A stretch of DNA of 62,790 bases, counting the filler, from Hausera hauseri (Eukaryota), in NCBI GenBank assembly GCA_046269625.1. It is 10 parts of 10 records of this genome, joined end to end, with 100 filler letters (N's around TTAATTAATTAA, not from the genome) between each part and the next. Parts side by side here need not be neighbours in the genome. Positions count along the whole stretch, not along the records: positions 6,649 to 15,279 come from JBJURY010577671.1; positions 15,380 to 20,016 come from JBJURY010493909.1; positions 20,117 to 25,890 come from JBJURY010191527.1; 7 more parts are not named here. The stretch is one strand, 5' to 3'. Shown here piece after piece: positions 11,950 to 23,100 of the stretch (positions are counted from its first letter, which is position 1; every line of letters begins with the position of its first letter). The position numbers and the translations under genes were made by a program. Under the pieces are notes generated by a model. It saw only the letters and a list, made by a program, of their open reading frames with translations, ran no database searches and had not been told where the DNA came from.

Positions 11950-13379
11950 CTTCTTCAATAGTTGCTAGACCGATATTGCACGTTCAGATAGTTTTAGAAC
12001 TATCGTTAACTGCTTCGTACATTCGGAAAACACAAACTCAATGGTGGCACGATTATTCTACACTAGGAGATATACATGGAATTCAGAAAAGTGGATCAAA
12101 ATTGGAAGCTGTTGAAACGGAAAAGAAACCAACAGCCGAAGAAATCCAAAGACAAGAAGACATTAAATTATTACAATCAATGACAATTCATTATTATTCA
12201 CCAAACTCCGTATGTGTTGGATTTAAAGCTTGGAAACCGCATCACGATTTCGATGATTTCAAATTGTCTTACTTGACGTAACCACAAAATAAGCGAGAAA
12301 TTGTGATTTTGAGCCTGCAGACTATATGCAGTGTTGCGACATAGACTTTGGACGCACTTATAACCTCACCTATCGTCCATACTTACCTTACTCATCCGAA
12401 GTTTATATTGAAACAAAGTTACAAATTCAATTAGTCATTTCTGCATGGAATAGATATCATGGAATAAAACCGAACGAAATGTTGCGATCTGTTGACCCAG
12501 ATATAAGAATATTAGACGAAAATATCCGGAGAATCTCCGTAAATAAGGAAAAACAATGCATTCAAGTCGATGCTCGAACAGGATTAACTCTTAGTCAGGG
12601 AATTAATATCCATTTGAAGCAGCAGTTAGACCGACCCCGAAAATAGGATACTGTTCTATTCGTACAGGCGTGCAACATCCATGTTGTAAAGTACCCGTGA
12701 ACCAAGAGTTCAAAATAAAGTTCGACTTATATGAGGTACGGCAAATAAACTAAACATACAATTACGAACTTACTATCCAGAAAATAGAATTTGGAATATT
12801 TCAGTAGAAACAACCACCAAAAGACCGACTACTCAAGTTGGTGCCATTAAGAATACCATTACATCGGGCAGCATGCCTAAGAGAAAATTAGAAAGCATAC
12901 CTATTAAATATTCGGCGCATCAACTTAAAATTGTTTTTCATGGAGTAAAAACAAAATTACGATATACACATAAGTTGTCGAACGACATATAATAATCAAA
13001 TTGTAACATTATTTAAAATCATTTACCAAACGGAGTGCAATTTACTAAAACCACAATTCAAATACTTAGTACAGGTGCATGCAGAAAACAAACAATCCCA
13101 AACAATTACATTGCATATCTTAGACAAAATTCACGCGGAGTAGCATACGCATGAAAATATAGACGACGAAACTACAACGTCATTTACTACTCGAGCGCCA
13201 CTAGGATCAACTGCCTTACCGATTGCATCTATTGCGTACTGTCAACGTCTGTTCTCATTATATTAATTGCGATTTTTCGACTAGTTACCAAAAACTGTTA
13301 TTCTAAGCGTCATAAAAATTCGGAATGGGATTTAAGGGAGTTGGAAAACCCCGTAGACCTATATGATAAAATAAACTGA
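11950..13379 (+). pseudogene. Putative type I membrane protein with fibronectin type III-like repeats, continuing from the integrase frame
   Basis: Hydrophobic ILHVQIVLELSLTAS after RYNLR. FN3-like SPNSVCVGFKAW..FKLSY..DIDFGRTYNLTYRPY..SSEVYIETK and NLLKPQFKYLVQVHAENK. Thr-rich stalk, TM-like PIASIA/(fs)/VLSTSVLIILIAIFRLV, tail ending LYDKIN* at 13379. Confidence 0.6.
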
Positions 13380-13451
13380 CAATTACAGATCAGGTTATAC
13401 TGTCATCAAACAAAGAATTGGTTTTGGTTTAAGACCATCCTTTGTTTTAAG

Positions 13452-13477
13452 ATTAACCTTTATGTTTTCATTTTTAG
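13452..13477 (+). promoter_or_regulatory. Putative 3' splice acceptor
   Basis: ATTAAC branch-like motif, T-rich tract, TTTTTAG, immediately before an ORF with no ATG. Confidence 0.5.
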
Positions 13478-13478
13478 A

Positions 13479-14003
13479 TTGGTAGGTAATCAGATCCATA
13501 TAGACCCAAGCCGAATTAGAATCGACGCCAAGGGAGTCACGAGCCGACTTAGCATCGACAATGAGGAAAACACAAGTCGACTGAGTATCGACGAATTTTT
13601 ACAGCGATACGTAACAGTGCGAATTCCGAATTTAAAGGCCATCTATAGGCAAATCAATAGGGAGTTACAAGGAAAGAGCTTCGTGCAGTATGTGAAAGCT
13701 GGCGAGATACCAAATGGGTTAAAAGGGACAACCGAGGAGGCCAGAGAGGTATACTTGTACATATGGAGAGAGGACAAAGATTCTAGGGCATACCCCTTCA
13801 AACAGATCACTCAATATTAAGTGGATAAAGAGCAGAAGATATATGTACACTTGGCCGACGGGGAAATTTACTATCGGATGAAAGATCAGAAATGGGACTC
13901 TTTCCAAGAAAGGCAAAGCCGATTTAGTACGTTTGTAGTTGATAGTAGGAACTTCCGTAACTATGAGTTGGAATTTCGTGTGTCTGCCTTACCTGTAAAA
14001 TGA
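13479..14003 (+). pseudogene. Accessory ORF of unknown function (two same-frame pieces split by a TAA at 13818)
   Basis: ORFs 13479-13820 and 13821-14003 are contiguous and in frame. Confidence 0.5.
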
Positions 14004-14636
14004 TGATCGAAGTAACGGAAGAGAAAACAATACCCATCTCGTTGCCGTTCTTAGAGTTTAGACAAAGGCCCACGGAAGAAGAACATGACGCACATCTACA
14101 TTCGTTTAGATTGGTAGCAGATGAAAGGAATCTCAGGATTGCCGCAATAAACTATGGGGAAGGAGAAGACGGAAATTATATTCCGATCGAAATATCCATC
14201 CGGGTCGAAAACTGGGCCGAGGTCTATTCGAGAATCATTAACCCGAGAAAGAAAGTATTAGAGACTTATGCAGATGTTACCGGGATTAACAGAGCAATTA
14301 AATCATGGGAAGGATACCAAGTTAGTGGAACAAGAAGTAGCACAATGCCTCTATGGATACGTCTTAGTGGGGTATCAAGTAGAGAGGATGATAAAGAAAT
14401 TAGCCATACCGGTAACGCATATAGCCGGAGTGAGAGATATAGAAACCCACCCGACTGTTATTAGACAAATGGAGATTAATGTTGAAGAGAAAAAGGGTCA
14501 ACTACCACCGACCGTGGAAGGCCGTTTTAAGTTAATGGTAGAGACCATGACCGGAGGAAATATAAAAATAAGCAGACTGTTGACTGCTAATCAAAGATCC
14601 AAATATCTAAGGGATATAAATGCTGGATTAAAATAG
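14000..14636 (+). pseudogene. Accessory ORF of unknown function, probably frameshifted
   Basis: Overlapping ORFs 14000-14464 and 14268-14636; ATG overlaps the previous stop (ATGA). Confidence 0.45.
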
Positions 14637-14795
14637 GAACACGAATGGATTCCAAATAACCCCGGACAGAACCTTCGGAGTTTTCCCAAGCTAGAAGGAA
14701 TCAGCTCACGTTTTAGAAAAAACTTTCGTTCTTACTCAGCACCAAAAAATGTCGAAATTACACCGAAATGGAACTATCAAATAACCATTCAGGGA

Positions 14796-15251
14796 TTGAA
14801 AACTGAGAAAACAGATAATCAGTGGCAAACCAACGAGAAACCAGTCCAAAGCTATGACACCTCAAGCAATAATAATCCATTTAAAGTACCCGAAATTGTT
14901 CAGAAATACTTAGAAGAAAAAGATAAGAGTTCAGAAATCGAGAGTGAAAAGACAACTAAAAGAGAAACATCCTTCTTCGATTACTTATTTAAGAAGAGAA
15001 GTAAAGAAGAAGAAAAGGGATCAAAAGAAGGACGCAGACCAGACAGAAAGGATTTAAAACCAACACGACCAGATAAACCAAGAACACCAGCAGAAGAACT
15101 CTCAAAAACAGACATGCAGCCCCGTATCGAGAAGTCCACGGAAAAACCAAGCAAACAGAAAGAACAAATAACAGAAATAAACGTCCTACGGAAGAAGACA
15201 TCCACGGAAGATGTTCACTACGCCACTGCAGCAGATTATCCCAGGATGTAA
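14796..15251 (+). CDS. Charged low-complexity accessory ORF fragment
   Basis: K/E/P/T-rich 151-aa ORF on the element strand. Confidence 0.35.
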   Translation: MKTEKTDNQWQTNEKPVQSYDTSSNNNPFKVPEIVQKYLEEKDKSSEIESEKTTKRETSFFDYLFKKRSKEEEKGSKEGRRPDRKDLKPTRPDKPRTPAEELSKTDMQPRIEKSTEKPSKQKEQITEINVLRKKTSTEDVHYATAADYPRM

Positions 15252-16211
15252 ATAGCCACAGAATATTATAGCAAACAAANNNNNNNNNNNNNNNNNNNNN
15301 NNNNNNNNNNNNNNNNNNNNNNNTTAATTAATTAANNNNNNNNNNNNNNNNNNNNNNNNNNNNNNNNNNNNNNNNNNNNCCGCTACCCCAAAGAACGCGC
15401 CCGCTTCGACCGCGAATACTACTCCTCCCTCGCACACCACCGCCATGACGCTCCCAACGGAACCACTTGATATACCCCCGCCAGACCCACGCACCCGCCC
15501 AACCCAATCCATCCCCTCCTCACCTCAGATCACCAACCCGAAAGCCCTCTCCCACCGTACGCCTCAATCCCCGCTCCCCCGCCTCAGCCCGTGTCCGTCC
15601 GTGTCCGTCCGTCCGCACTGTCTTCTTGTTTATTATTCTAATATGTTCCCCTTTCATTTAAACGCCGTTTTGTTTTATTGCACGTCTATATGATTTACAT
15701 TAGAATTATTGTGTAAGTAATCAGAAGAATCTCGCAGCCAGACAATTTTCACTGTTGATTTTACGTAACTGGTAGACCATTTCTTGAATGCGTCATCACT
15801 TTAACCATCCTAGATGTGCCCCATGGAACGATTTCCATAAGTGCTTCAATGATACGCTGTCGCCGGTGACAAAATTAGTGATTTGTTCGCCGCTGAGGTT
15901 TTGTAGCTAATAGCTCATTCTACATCTGCCGAGGGAGGTCAAACCAAGCTGCCTACATAACTAGTGACCACATTCTGTAAAGAGGTTGCGTCAATAAATA
16001 GTCGGTTTCATATTCGTACACCGGCCATGGTGGAATAAGGGGAAATAAAGAGGAGACAAATTAGAGAGCATGACTGCTACAGCAAACAGTAGAGCAATGG
16101 ACGGGGTAGATGTACTGAACACTTTCACGTGTATAGATCGAACAGGGGATTCAAATGGTGCCTTGGAGTCAAACGAAGTGAAAAATGTTGTTGGGCACGA
16201 GTGTTACGCCG

Positions 16212-16284
<73 letters not shown>
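16212..16284. repeat. (TAG)n microsatellite
   Basis: Perfect trinucleotide run of about 24 units. Confidence 0.98.
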
Positions 16285-17940
16285 ATGCCTCTGTGACTAC
16301 GAGGATCACCTTTTGACGGTAGGTTCGTCCATCACTTTTCTGTACTTGTGCAGATGACGAAATCACCTTTGTTTATAATGAAACGCGGTTGCGATAGCTT
16401 TGACGCATGCCTGTCCTCATATAAGTGTCACGCAGAGAACATAAGATATTTCATAAGCCAACAAAGAACTGTAACTGTCAGCGCTGTATGCTGACGATAT
16501 TCTGAAGATGAAATTGAAACACAGAGAGACTTATCCAATGTGAAATAATGATGATCTGCTGACTACTAACCGACCATCCAGCTAGCCCACCATACACCAA
16601 ATCAACCAATTAACAGCCTACCTAAATGCCCCCAGACCTGTCTGCCTGCCTACCTTACAATGGTCTACTGATACTGAACATAGATGCATGGGCCTTTCAC
16701 TATTCACTGTCTCCAAGGTTTATTTGTCATTGGTATCAAAACCCCATGTCTTACTTCCTACCCTTTGTGTTCTAGTTAAAATGATAGAAAGATCACAAAG
16801 TGCAGCGTTTTTCTTATTTGTCGTTCTCTATACCTCGAGGTCAATTTCTCTTACATATGCGGCAGTCTGAGTTAGTGTTTCACTAGCACCATATAACGTC
16901 TCTTGTACTGTGCTTTGGGATTCACCTTTGCTTCATGTAGTTACTGTTTGTGGAGAACACGCTGTGCTATATGTTGATCACAACTCTTTTTTTATTTTCA
17001 ACTGCCAAGGGATTTTTTATGTTCAGGACACAGTACACAGGCGTCCGATCTCACTACCTAGAAATAAGACTAGAAATTCCAGAAGGAAAATATGCCAAGT
17101 GCTTCCACAGGGATTGGAACCACATACCTCTATCACTCGGGGCTGACGTCTTGCCTCAAGACCACTTAGTCTTGGTCTGTTTTATTCAGTTCATACATTG
17201 CGTCATTCCGATTGTCTATTGGGTGTTGTTTTGTCCACATCTCTTTGTACACGTATTTATGTTATTTAACTCCTTGAAGGTTGGTTGCATATTCCCTCCC
17301 TCTTTTTCTAATCTGCCAGCCTCCCCACTGTCCAATATATAGCATTAGGTATGACCAGTTTGAGGGTATCACCTGAATGGCTATTTTACTGAACTCTGTT
17401 CTGAGCTGTAATATGACTTTTCTTAAGCTGTTCATGTCTTGGTGCTTTTGCTTCTTGATGGCGTGATACTGACAGTTCAAGAAAAACGGAATATAATGCA
17501 TAAAGGAAAAAACAAAATTCAAATATTTTGTAAGCAACGAGAATCTTACAGCCAGTAGCTCTCCATTGCAAAAGGGAAACAAGTTAGCACTTTCCGCCTC
17601 GCCCCAAAACCCAACGTTAGCACGCTACCATAGCCGTGCAGTGCTGGTGGGGTATTATTGTGATGATCCGTAACTCCCGTGACGTGTTTCTTTTGAAAAT
17701 TTACCGCACAAAGTCGATTCGAATGTTAGCGGCTTGAGAAATGCAGACAAGGTCAAACTTTAGTTAAAAATTATCTTGAGACGAAAGTGTTGTTTCTGTA
17801 CGGCTTCATAGGAGCTTCGTAGTCAATATTTCCTTCAAGAGCTTTAGACCAGACGAGTACAGAGGTAAACTCTTTTTAATTTAAGTAATATACTTAAATA
17901 ATTTCAAGTCCTGGTGAAATCATTGGAAATTTGTTCTTCC

Positions 17941-18235
17941 GTTCGCCTCTAGTGCTAGAGGTACGTTGTTCAAATCCCGGTGGAAGCACTTGGGATCTTC
18001 TAGTAATAAATTCCCCTGATCTCTGGATAATGAGATCGGATACCCGCGTATACTGGCGTGCACGTTGAATATCCCCTGGCAGCTGGAAATCGAAAAAGAG
18101 TAGCCCTAACGGCCGCTGTCCATAAAAAATTCTAGGAAAAAATCTACCCTCTGGGCAGAAATGTAAAACTGCAGTACTACCTGTTTATTAACCCTGGTTA
18201 AATAAAGATCGTATCTTATCTATCTTATCTTATCT
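17941..18235 (+). mobile_element. tRNA-derived SINE with Deu/Nin-like core and L2-type 3' end
   Basis: B-box GTTCAAATCCC; core GCACGTTGAATATCCCCTGGCA...GAAAAAGAG; 3' CCTGGTTAAATAAAG followed by a (TATCT)n tail. Confidence 0.65.
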
Positions 18236-19694
18236 AGTAAAAACCTTCCTTAATGCCTTAATCTAAGGGTAAACAGTAGTGAGTAGTGACATTGGACAAA
18301 TAATACAATGTGCTAACACTTTGAACAATTACACGCTTCACCATTGAAAATACGTTTATGTTTTCCTGTCGTTTTAGTGATTCTATTTCCTATATTGACT
18401 TGTGTAACAGGCATGACGATGTTCTCCGAAAATGAATGTTTTACTTGTTAAATTCAGACACCTGTTCCATCCCTATGACTGTACCCCGATAGTTCAGCGT
18501 TTCTTGTGGCTTACAGAAAAGAAAAAAAACCAGGTACATTGTTCCACGTACGCAGATTAGAAACAAAAGTTATTATTTCATTATTTTTCACAAGTAGTTA
18601 ATTTTCTTTCTTTTTCTTCTTGTTCGTCTTTTCTGTCGTGTCCACATTGTACCTTTCGGTGCCGTGGTTTAAGCATTCGTTTGTCTCGGGTCCCCTGCTT
18701 TATCTCTTGTATTGGATGTTCTGTTTTCTCGCAGGCCTTCTTCACTCTTTCCATCTCTCCGCATCCAGATATTATTCTGTAGAAAGCACAACATTGTATC
18801 TGGTCCAGATGATCAAACTATTTTAGTCTTTTTTTTTAAAGTATACTTTAGGCACGGTCTTGTCTCACTCAGAACTTTCTCTCTGATACCACTATTTGGT
18901 ATACGTCTTTTAGCTTGTTGCCTGTTACTTTGGGCATTGCACCCTACATTTTGCTGTATTTCTTGGGTGTGTTGTAGTCAGTGTCTAGATTTGTCTCGTA
19001 TAACATAAGACTGGGACGCATACACTGTTTATCATATATCGCTCAGCGCATTAAAAATGTCTGGATGCCTGTGACGTTTTCGTGATTCATGAATGTTGCA
19101 ACATTTATAGGAAGAGACATAACGGAATCATCAGATAAATATTACTGTTAAGTAATCACGACAGGGTGAACGGGAACTTGGCAACAGAAAGAAATGCTAA
19201 CAATGTTTACAACTTTTACTCGTTGTATCTCTGAACAGTTAATATTATGCCACCTCCTTGTTCGACATTTAATATGTATGTACATTAAAAAAACAAAAAA
19301 CACTTCCAAGTTGAACATAAATATTAAGACCACGAGACAAAAGCTGCTCGATGATGAGACAAAAAGCAGCCAGAGTTAACGGCTCAACGGAACTTTAGCC
19401 AGGGGAATAACCAACAAATGCAGTTATCTAATTCAATTATCTGATACTTTCATTTCTCCACAGTTAAATTATCTGACAGATTTTTGTCCTGTGTTTCGAA
19501 CAGTTTTACTGTGGTACTTGCAGTAATGGTGGTTCATAAAGAGATTACATAAATGTTATGCGCTGCAGTGTTGAGTGTAATGAATTCCTAACACCCTCCC
19601 TTCAACTTCTGTTATCCTAAATGTATTGCTCCCTCCTACTGTCTTTGTATTGATAATTCAGCTGATATAACATCTACTTAATATATTTACGACA

Positions 19695-19910
19695 GCCGTG
19701 AAAGTGTAGTGGTACGTGATCTCGCTTTCGATCGTATGGTCGGAGGTTCAATCCCAGCTCTAACGGGATATATTTTTCTGACCAAAACTGTTCCAGGGGC
19801 CCCTCTACCGTGTATCAGTTCGATATCTCTAACGTATTAGACAAGCACTAATCCGGCTAATAGCCACACACATAGAAGTTTGTATGAAAGGCGTATATCT
19901 TACGCAAATA
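19695..19910 (+). mobile_element. tRNA-derived SINE (head clear, 3' limit uncertain)
   Basis: A-box-like GTGTAGTGG and B-box GGTTCAATCCC at tRNA-like spacing, without a clean acceptor stem. Confidence 0.5.
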
Positions 19911-20116
19911 TTGAAACTGCAGATAGTAAATGAGTGAAGGGAGATAAATGTATGAACAGGGCACTCGATAAGAACAAACCAGACAACAGAAAAAAACAGA
20001 GAGGAAATTGGTCAACNNNNNNNNNNNNNNNNNNNNNNNNNNNNNNNNNNNNNNNNNNNNTTAATTAATTAANNNNNNNNNNNNNNNNNNNNNNNNNNNN
20101 NNNNNNNNNNNNNNNN

Positions 20117-23100
20117 TTCGTTCGTTCCTTCATTCTTTCCTTCTTTCTTTCGTTCGTTCGTTCGTTCTTTCGTTCGCTCCTCTGTTCGTTCCTTCGTTCG
20201 TCCGTTCGTTCGTTCGTTCCTTCCTTCGATCCTTCATTCGTTCTTTCGTTTTCTTTTTCGCTCGTTCCTTCGTTCCTTCGTTCCTTCGTTCGTTCGTTCG
20301 TTCGTACGTTCGGTCGTTCGTTCGTTTGTTTCTTTATTCCTTCCTTCCTTCCTTCCTTCTTTCCTTCCTTCCTTCGATCGTTCGTTCTTTCGTTCGCTCC
20401 TTCGTTCTTTCGTTCGTTCCTTCGTTCCTTCTTTCTTTCTATCTTTCTTTCGTTCGTTCCTCCGTTCATTCCATCGTTCTTTTGTTCGTTCTTCCGTTCT
20501 TTCTTTCTTTCTTTCGTTCGGTATTTCTTTCTTTCGTTCGTTCGTTCATTCCTTGGTTCGGTCCTTCGTTCGTTCTTTCGTTCCTTCGTTAGATCGTTCG
20601 TTCCGTCGTTCCTTCCTTCCTCCCTTCCTTACTTTGATCTTTCCTTCTTTCTATCTTTCGTTCCTTCGTTCATTTCTTCGTCCTTTCGTTCGTTCGTTCC
20701 CTCCTTCCTTCCAACCTTTTTTCCTTCGTTCGTTCCTTCCTTTCTTCATTCCTTCCTTCCTTCATTCCTTCGATCGCTCGTTTTTTCTTTCGTTCCTTCG
20801 TTCATNNNNNNNNNNNNNNNNNNNNNNNNNNNNNNNNNNNNNNNNNNNNNNNNNNNNNNNNNNNNNNNNNNNNNNNNNNNNNNNNNNNNNNNNNNNNNNN
20901 NNNNNNNNNNNNNNNNNNNNNNNNNNNNNNNNNNNNNNNNNNNNNNNNNNNNNNNNNNNNNNNNNNNNNNNNNNNNNNNNNNNNNNNNNNNNNNNNNTCG
21001 TTCGTTCCTTCGTTCTTTCCTTCGTTCTTTCCTTCTTTCTTTCGTTCGTTCGTTCGTTCTTTCGTTCAGTTTTTTGTTCGTTTCTTCGTTTGTCCGTTCG
21101 ATCGTTCGTTCGTTCGTTTCTTCATTCGTTCGTTCTTTCGTTTCTTCCTTCCTTCCTTCCTTCCTTCCTTCCTTCCTTCCTTCCTTCCGTCTTTCTTTAT
21201 TTCCTTCCTTCGATCGTTCCTTCTTTCGATCGTTCGTTCGTTTCTTCGTTCTTTCGTTCGTTCCTTCGTTCTTTCCTTCGTTCTTTCGTTCGTTCGTTCG
21301 TTCTTTCTTTCCTTCCTTCTGTCGTTCTTTCGTTCGTTCTTTCCTTCTTTCTTTCGTTCTTTCGTTCTATCGCTCGGTCCTTTGTTCGTTCCTTTGTTCC
21401 TCCGTTCGGTCGTTCGTTCGTTCGTTCCTTCATTCTTTCTTTTGTTCTTTCTTTCGCTCGTTCCTTCCTTCCTTCCTTCCTTCCTTTCTTCCTTCCTTCC
21501 TTCTTTTCGTCGTTCTTTCTTTCGTTCTCTCCATCGTTCGTTCCTTCGTTCATTCGTTGGATCTCTCTTTCGTTCGGTCCTTCCTTCTTTCCATCGTTCT
21601 TTCGTTCTTTCTTNNNNNNNNNNNNNNNNNNNNNNNNNNNNNNNNNNNNNNNNNNNNNNNNNNNNNNNNNNNNNNNNNNNNNNNNNNNNNNNNNNNNNNN
21701 NNNNNNNNNNNNNNNNNNNNNNNNNNNNNNNNNNNNNNNNNNNNNNNNNNNNNNNNNNNNNNNNNNNNNNNNNNNNNNNNNNNNNNNNNNNNNNNNNNNN
21801 NNNNNNNNNNNNNNNNNNNNNNNNNNNNNNNNNNNNNNCGTTCGCTCCTTTGTTCGTTCCTTCGTTCCTTCATTCGTTTGTTCGATCTTTCTTTCTTTCG
21901 TTCCTTCGTTCATTCCTTCGTTCGATCGTTCTTTCGTTCGTTCCTTCGTTCGTTCGGTCGTTCGGTCGGTCGTTATATGGTTCTTTTATTCTATCCTGCG
22001 TTCTCTCGTTCGTTCGTTCTTTCCTACTTTCTTTCCTTCGTTCGTTCTTTCTTTCTTTCGTTTGTTCTTTCCTTCAAACATTCCTCCGTTCGTTCCTTCG
22101 TTCGATCCGTCGTTCGGAGGAGGAGGAGGATCTTTTTGCCTATCGTGCGTTTTTCCGTTCGTTCTTTCCTTTGTTCGTTCAATCTTTCGTTCGTTCTTTG
22201 CTTCCTTCATTCCTTTCTTCCTTCCTTCCTTCTTTCGTTTGTTCTTTCGTTCGTTCGTTCGTTCTCTCCTTCCATCCTTCATTCGTTCCTTCCTTCCTTA
22301 CTTCCTTCGTTCCTTTGTTCCTTCGATCGTTCGATCTTTTGTTCTTTCCATCGTTCTTTCGTTCGTTCTTTCGTTCTTTCTTTCGTTCGTTCATTCCTTC
22401 GTTCTATCGTTCTTTCGTTTGTTCCTTCGTTCGTTCGTTTGGTCGGTCGTTATATGGTTCTTTTTTTCTATCGTGCGTTCTCTCGTTCGTTCGTTCTTTC
22501 CTACTTTCTTTCCTTCGTTGGTTCTTTCTTTCTTTCGTTTGTTCTTTCCTTCAAACATTCCTCCGTTCGTTCATTTGTTCGATCCGTCGTTCGGAGGAGG
22601 AGGAGGATCTTTTTTTCTACCGTGAGTTCTTCCGTTCGTTCTTTCCTTTGTTCGTTCAATCTTTCGTTCGTTCATTGCTTCCTTCATTCCTTTCTTCCTT
22701 CCTTCCTTCTTTCGTTCATTCGTTCCTTCCTTTGTTCTTTCTTTCCTTCCTTCGTTCGTTCGTTCTTCCCTTTGTACTTTCGTTCGTTTTTTCCTTCTTT
22801 ACTTCCTTTCTTATTTCCTTCCTTCCTTCCTTCATTTANNNNNNNNNNNNNNNNNNNNNNNNNNNNNNNNNNNNNNNNNNNNNNNNNNNNNNNNNNNNNN
22901 NNNNNNNNNNNNNNNNNNNNNNNNNNNNNNNNNNNNNNNNNNNNNNNNNNNNNNNNNNNNNNNNNNNNNNNNNNNNNNNNTCTTTGTTCTTTCTTTCTTT
23001 CGTTCCTTTCTTTCTTCCTATCTTCCTTCCTTCCTTCCTTCCTTCATTCCTTCGTTTGTTCGATCGTTCGATCAATCGTTCGATCGTTCGTTCGTTATTT

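Larger units (their letters stand above)
6649..15279 (+). mobile_element. Ty3/Gypsy retroelement, sister of contig 1, with a glycoprotein upstream of pol and a membrane protein plus accessory ORFs downstream; decayed, LTRs not in contig
   Basis: PR-RT-RH-IN order. Its RT differs from the contig 1 RT at roughly 29 of 166 residues by eye. Confidence 0.92.

Noticed and set aside
15380-15693. Pro-rich ORFs at the start of contig 3
   Set aside because: C-rich low-complexity sequence with no recognisable domain, partly running into the spacer.
16070-16366. Poly-Ser and poly-Thr ORFs
   Set aside because: Produced by the (TAG)n microsatellite.
19695-19770. Possible tRNA gene
   Set aside because: A and B boxes are present but no consistent cloverleaf or acceptor stem; better explained as a SINE head.
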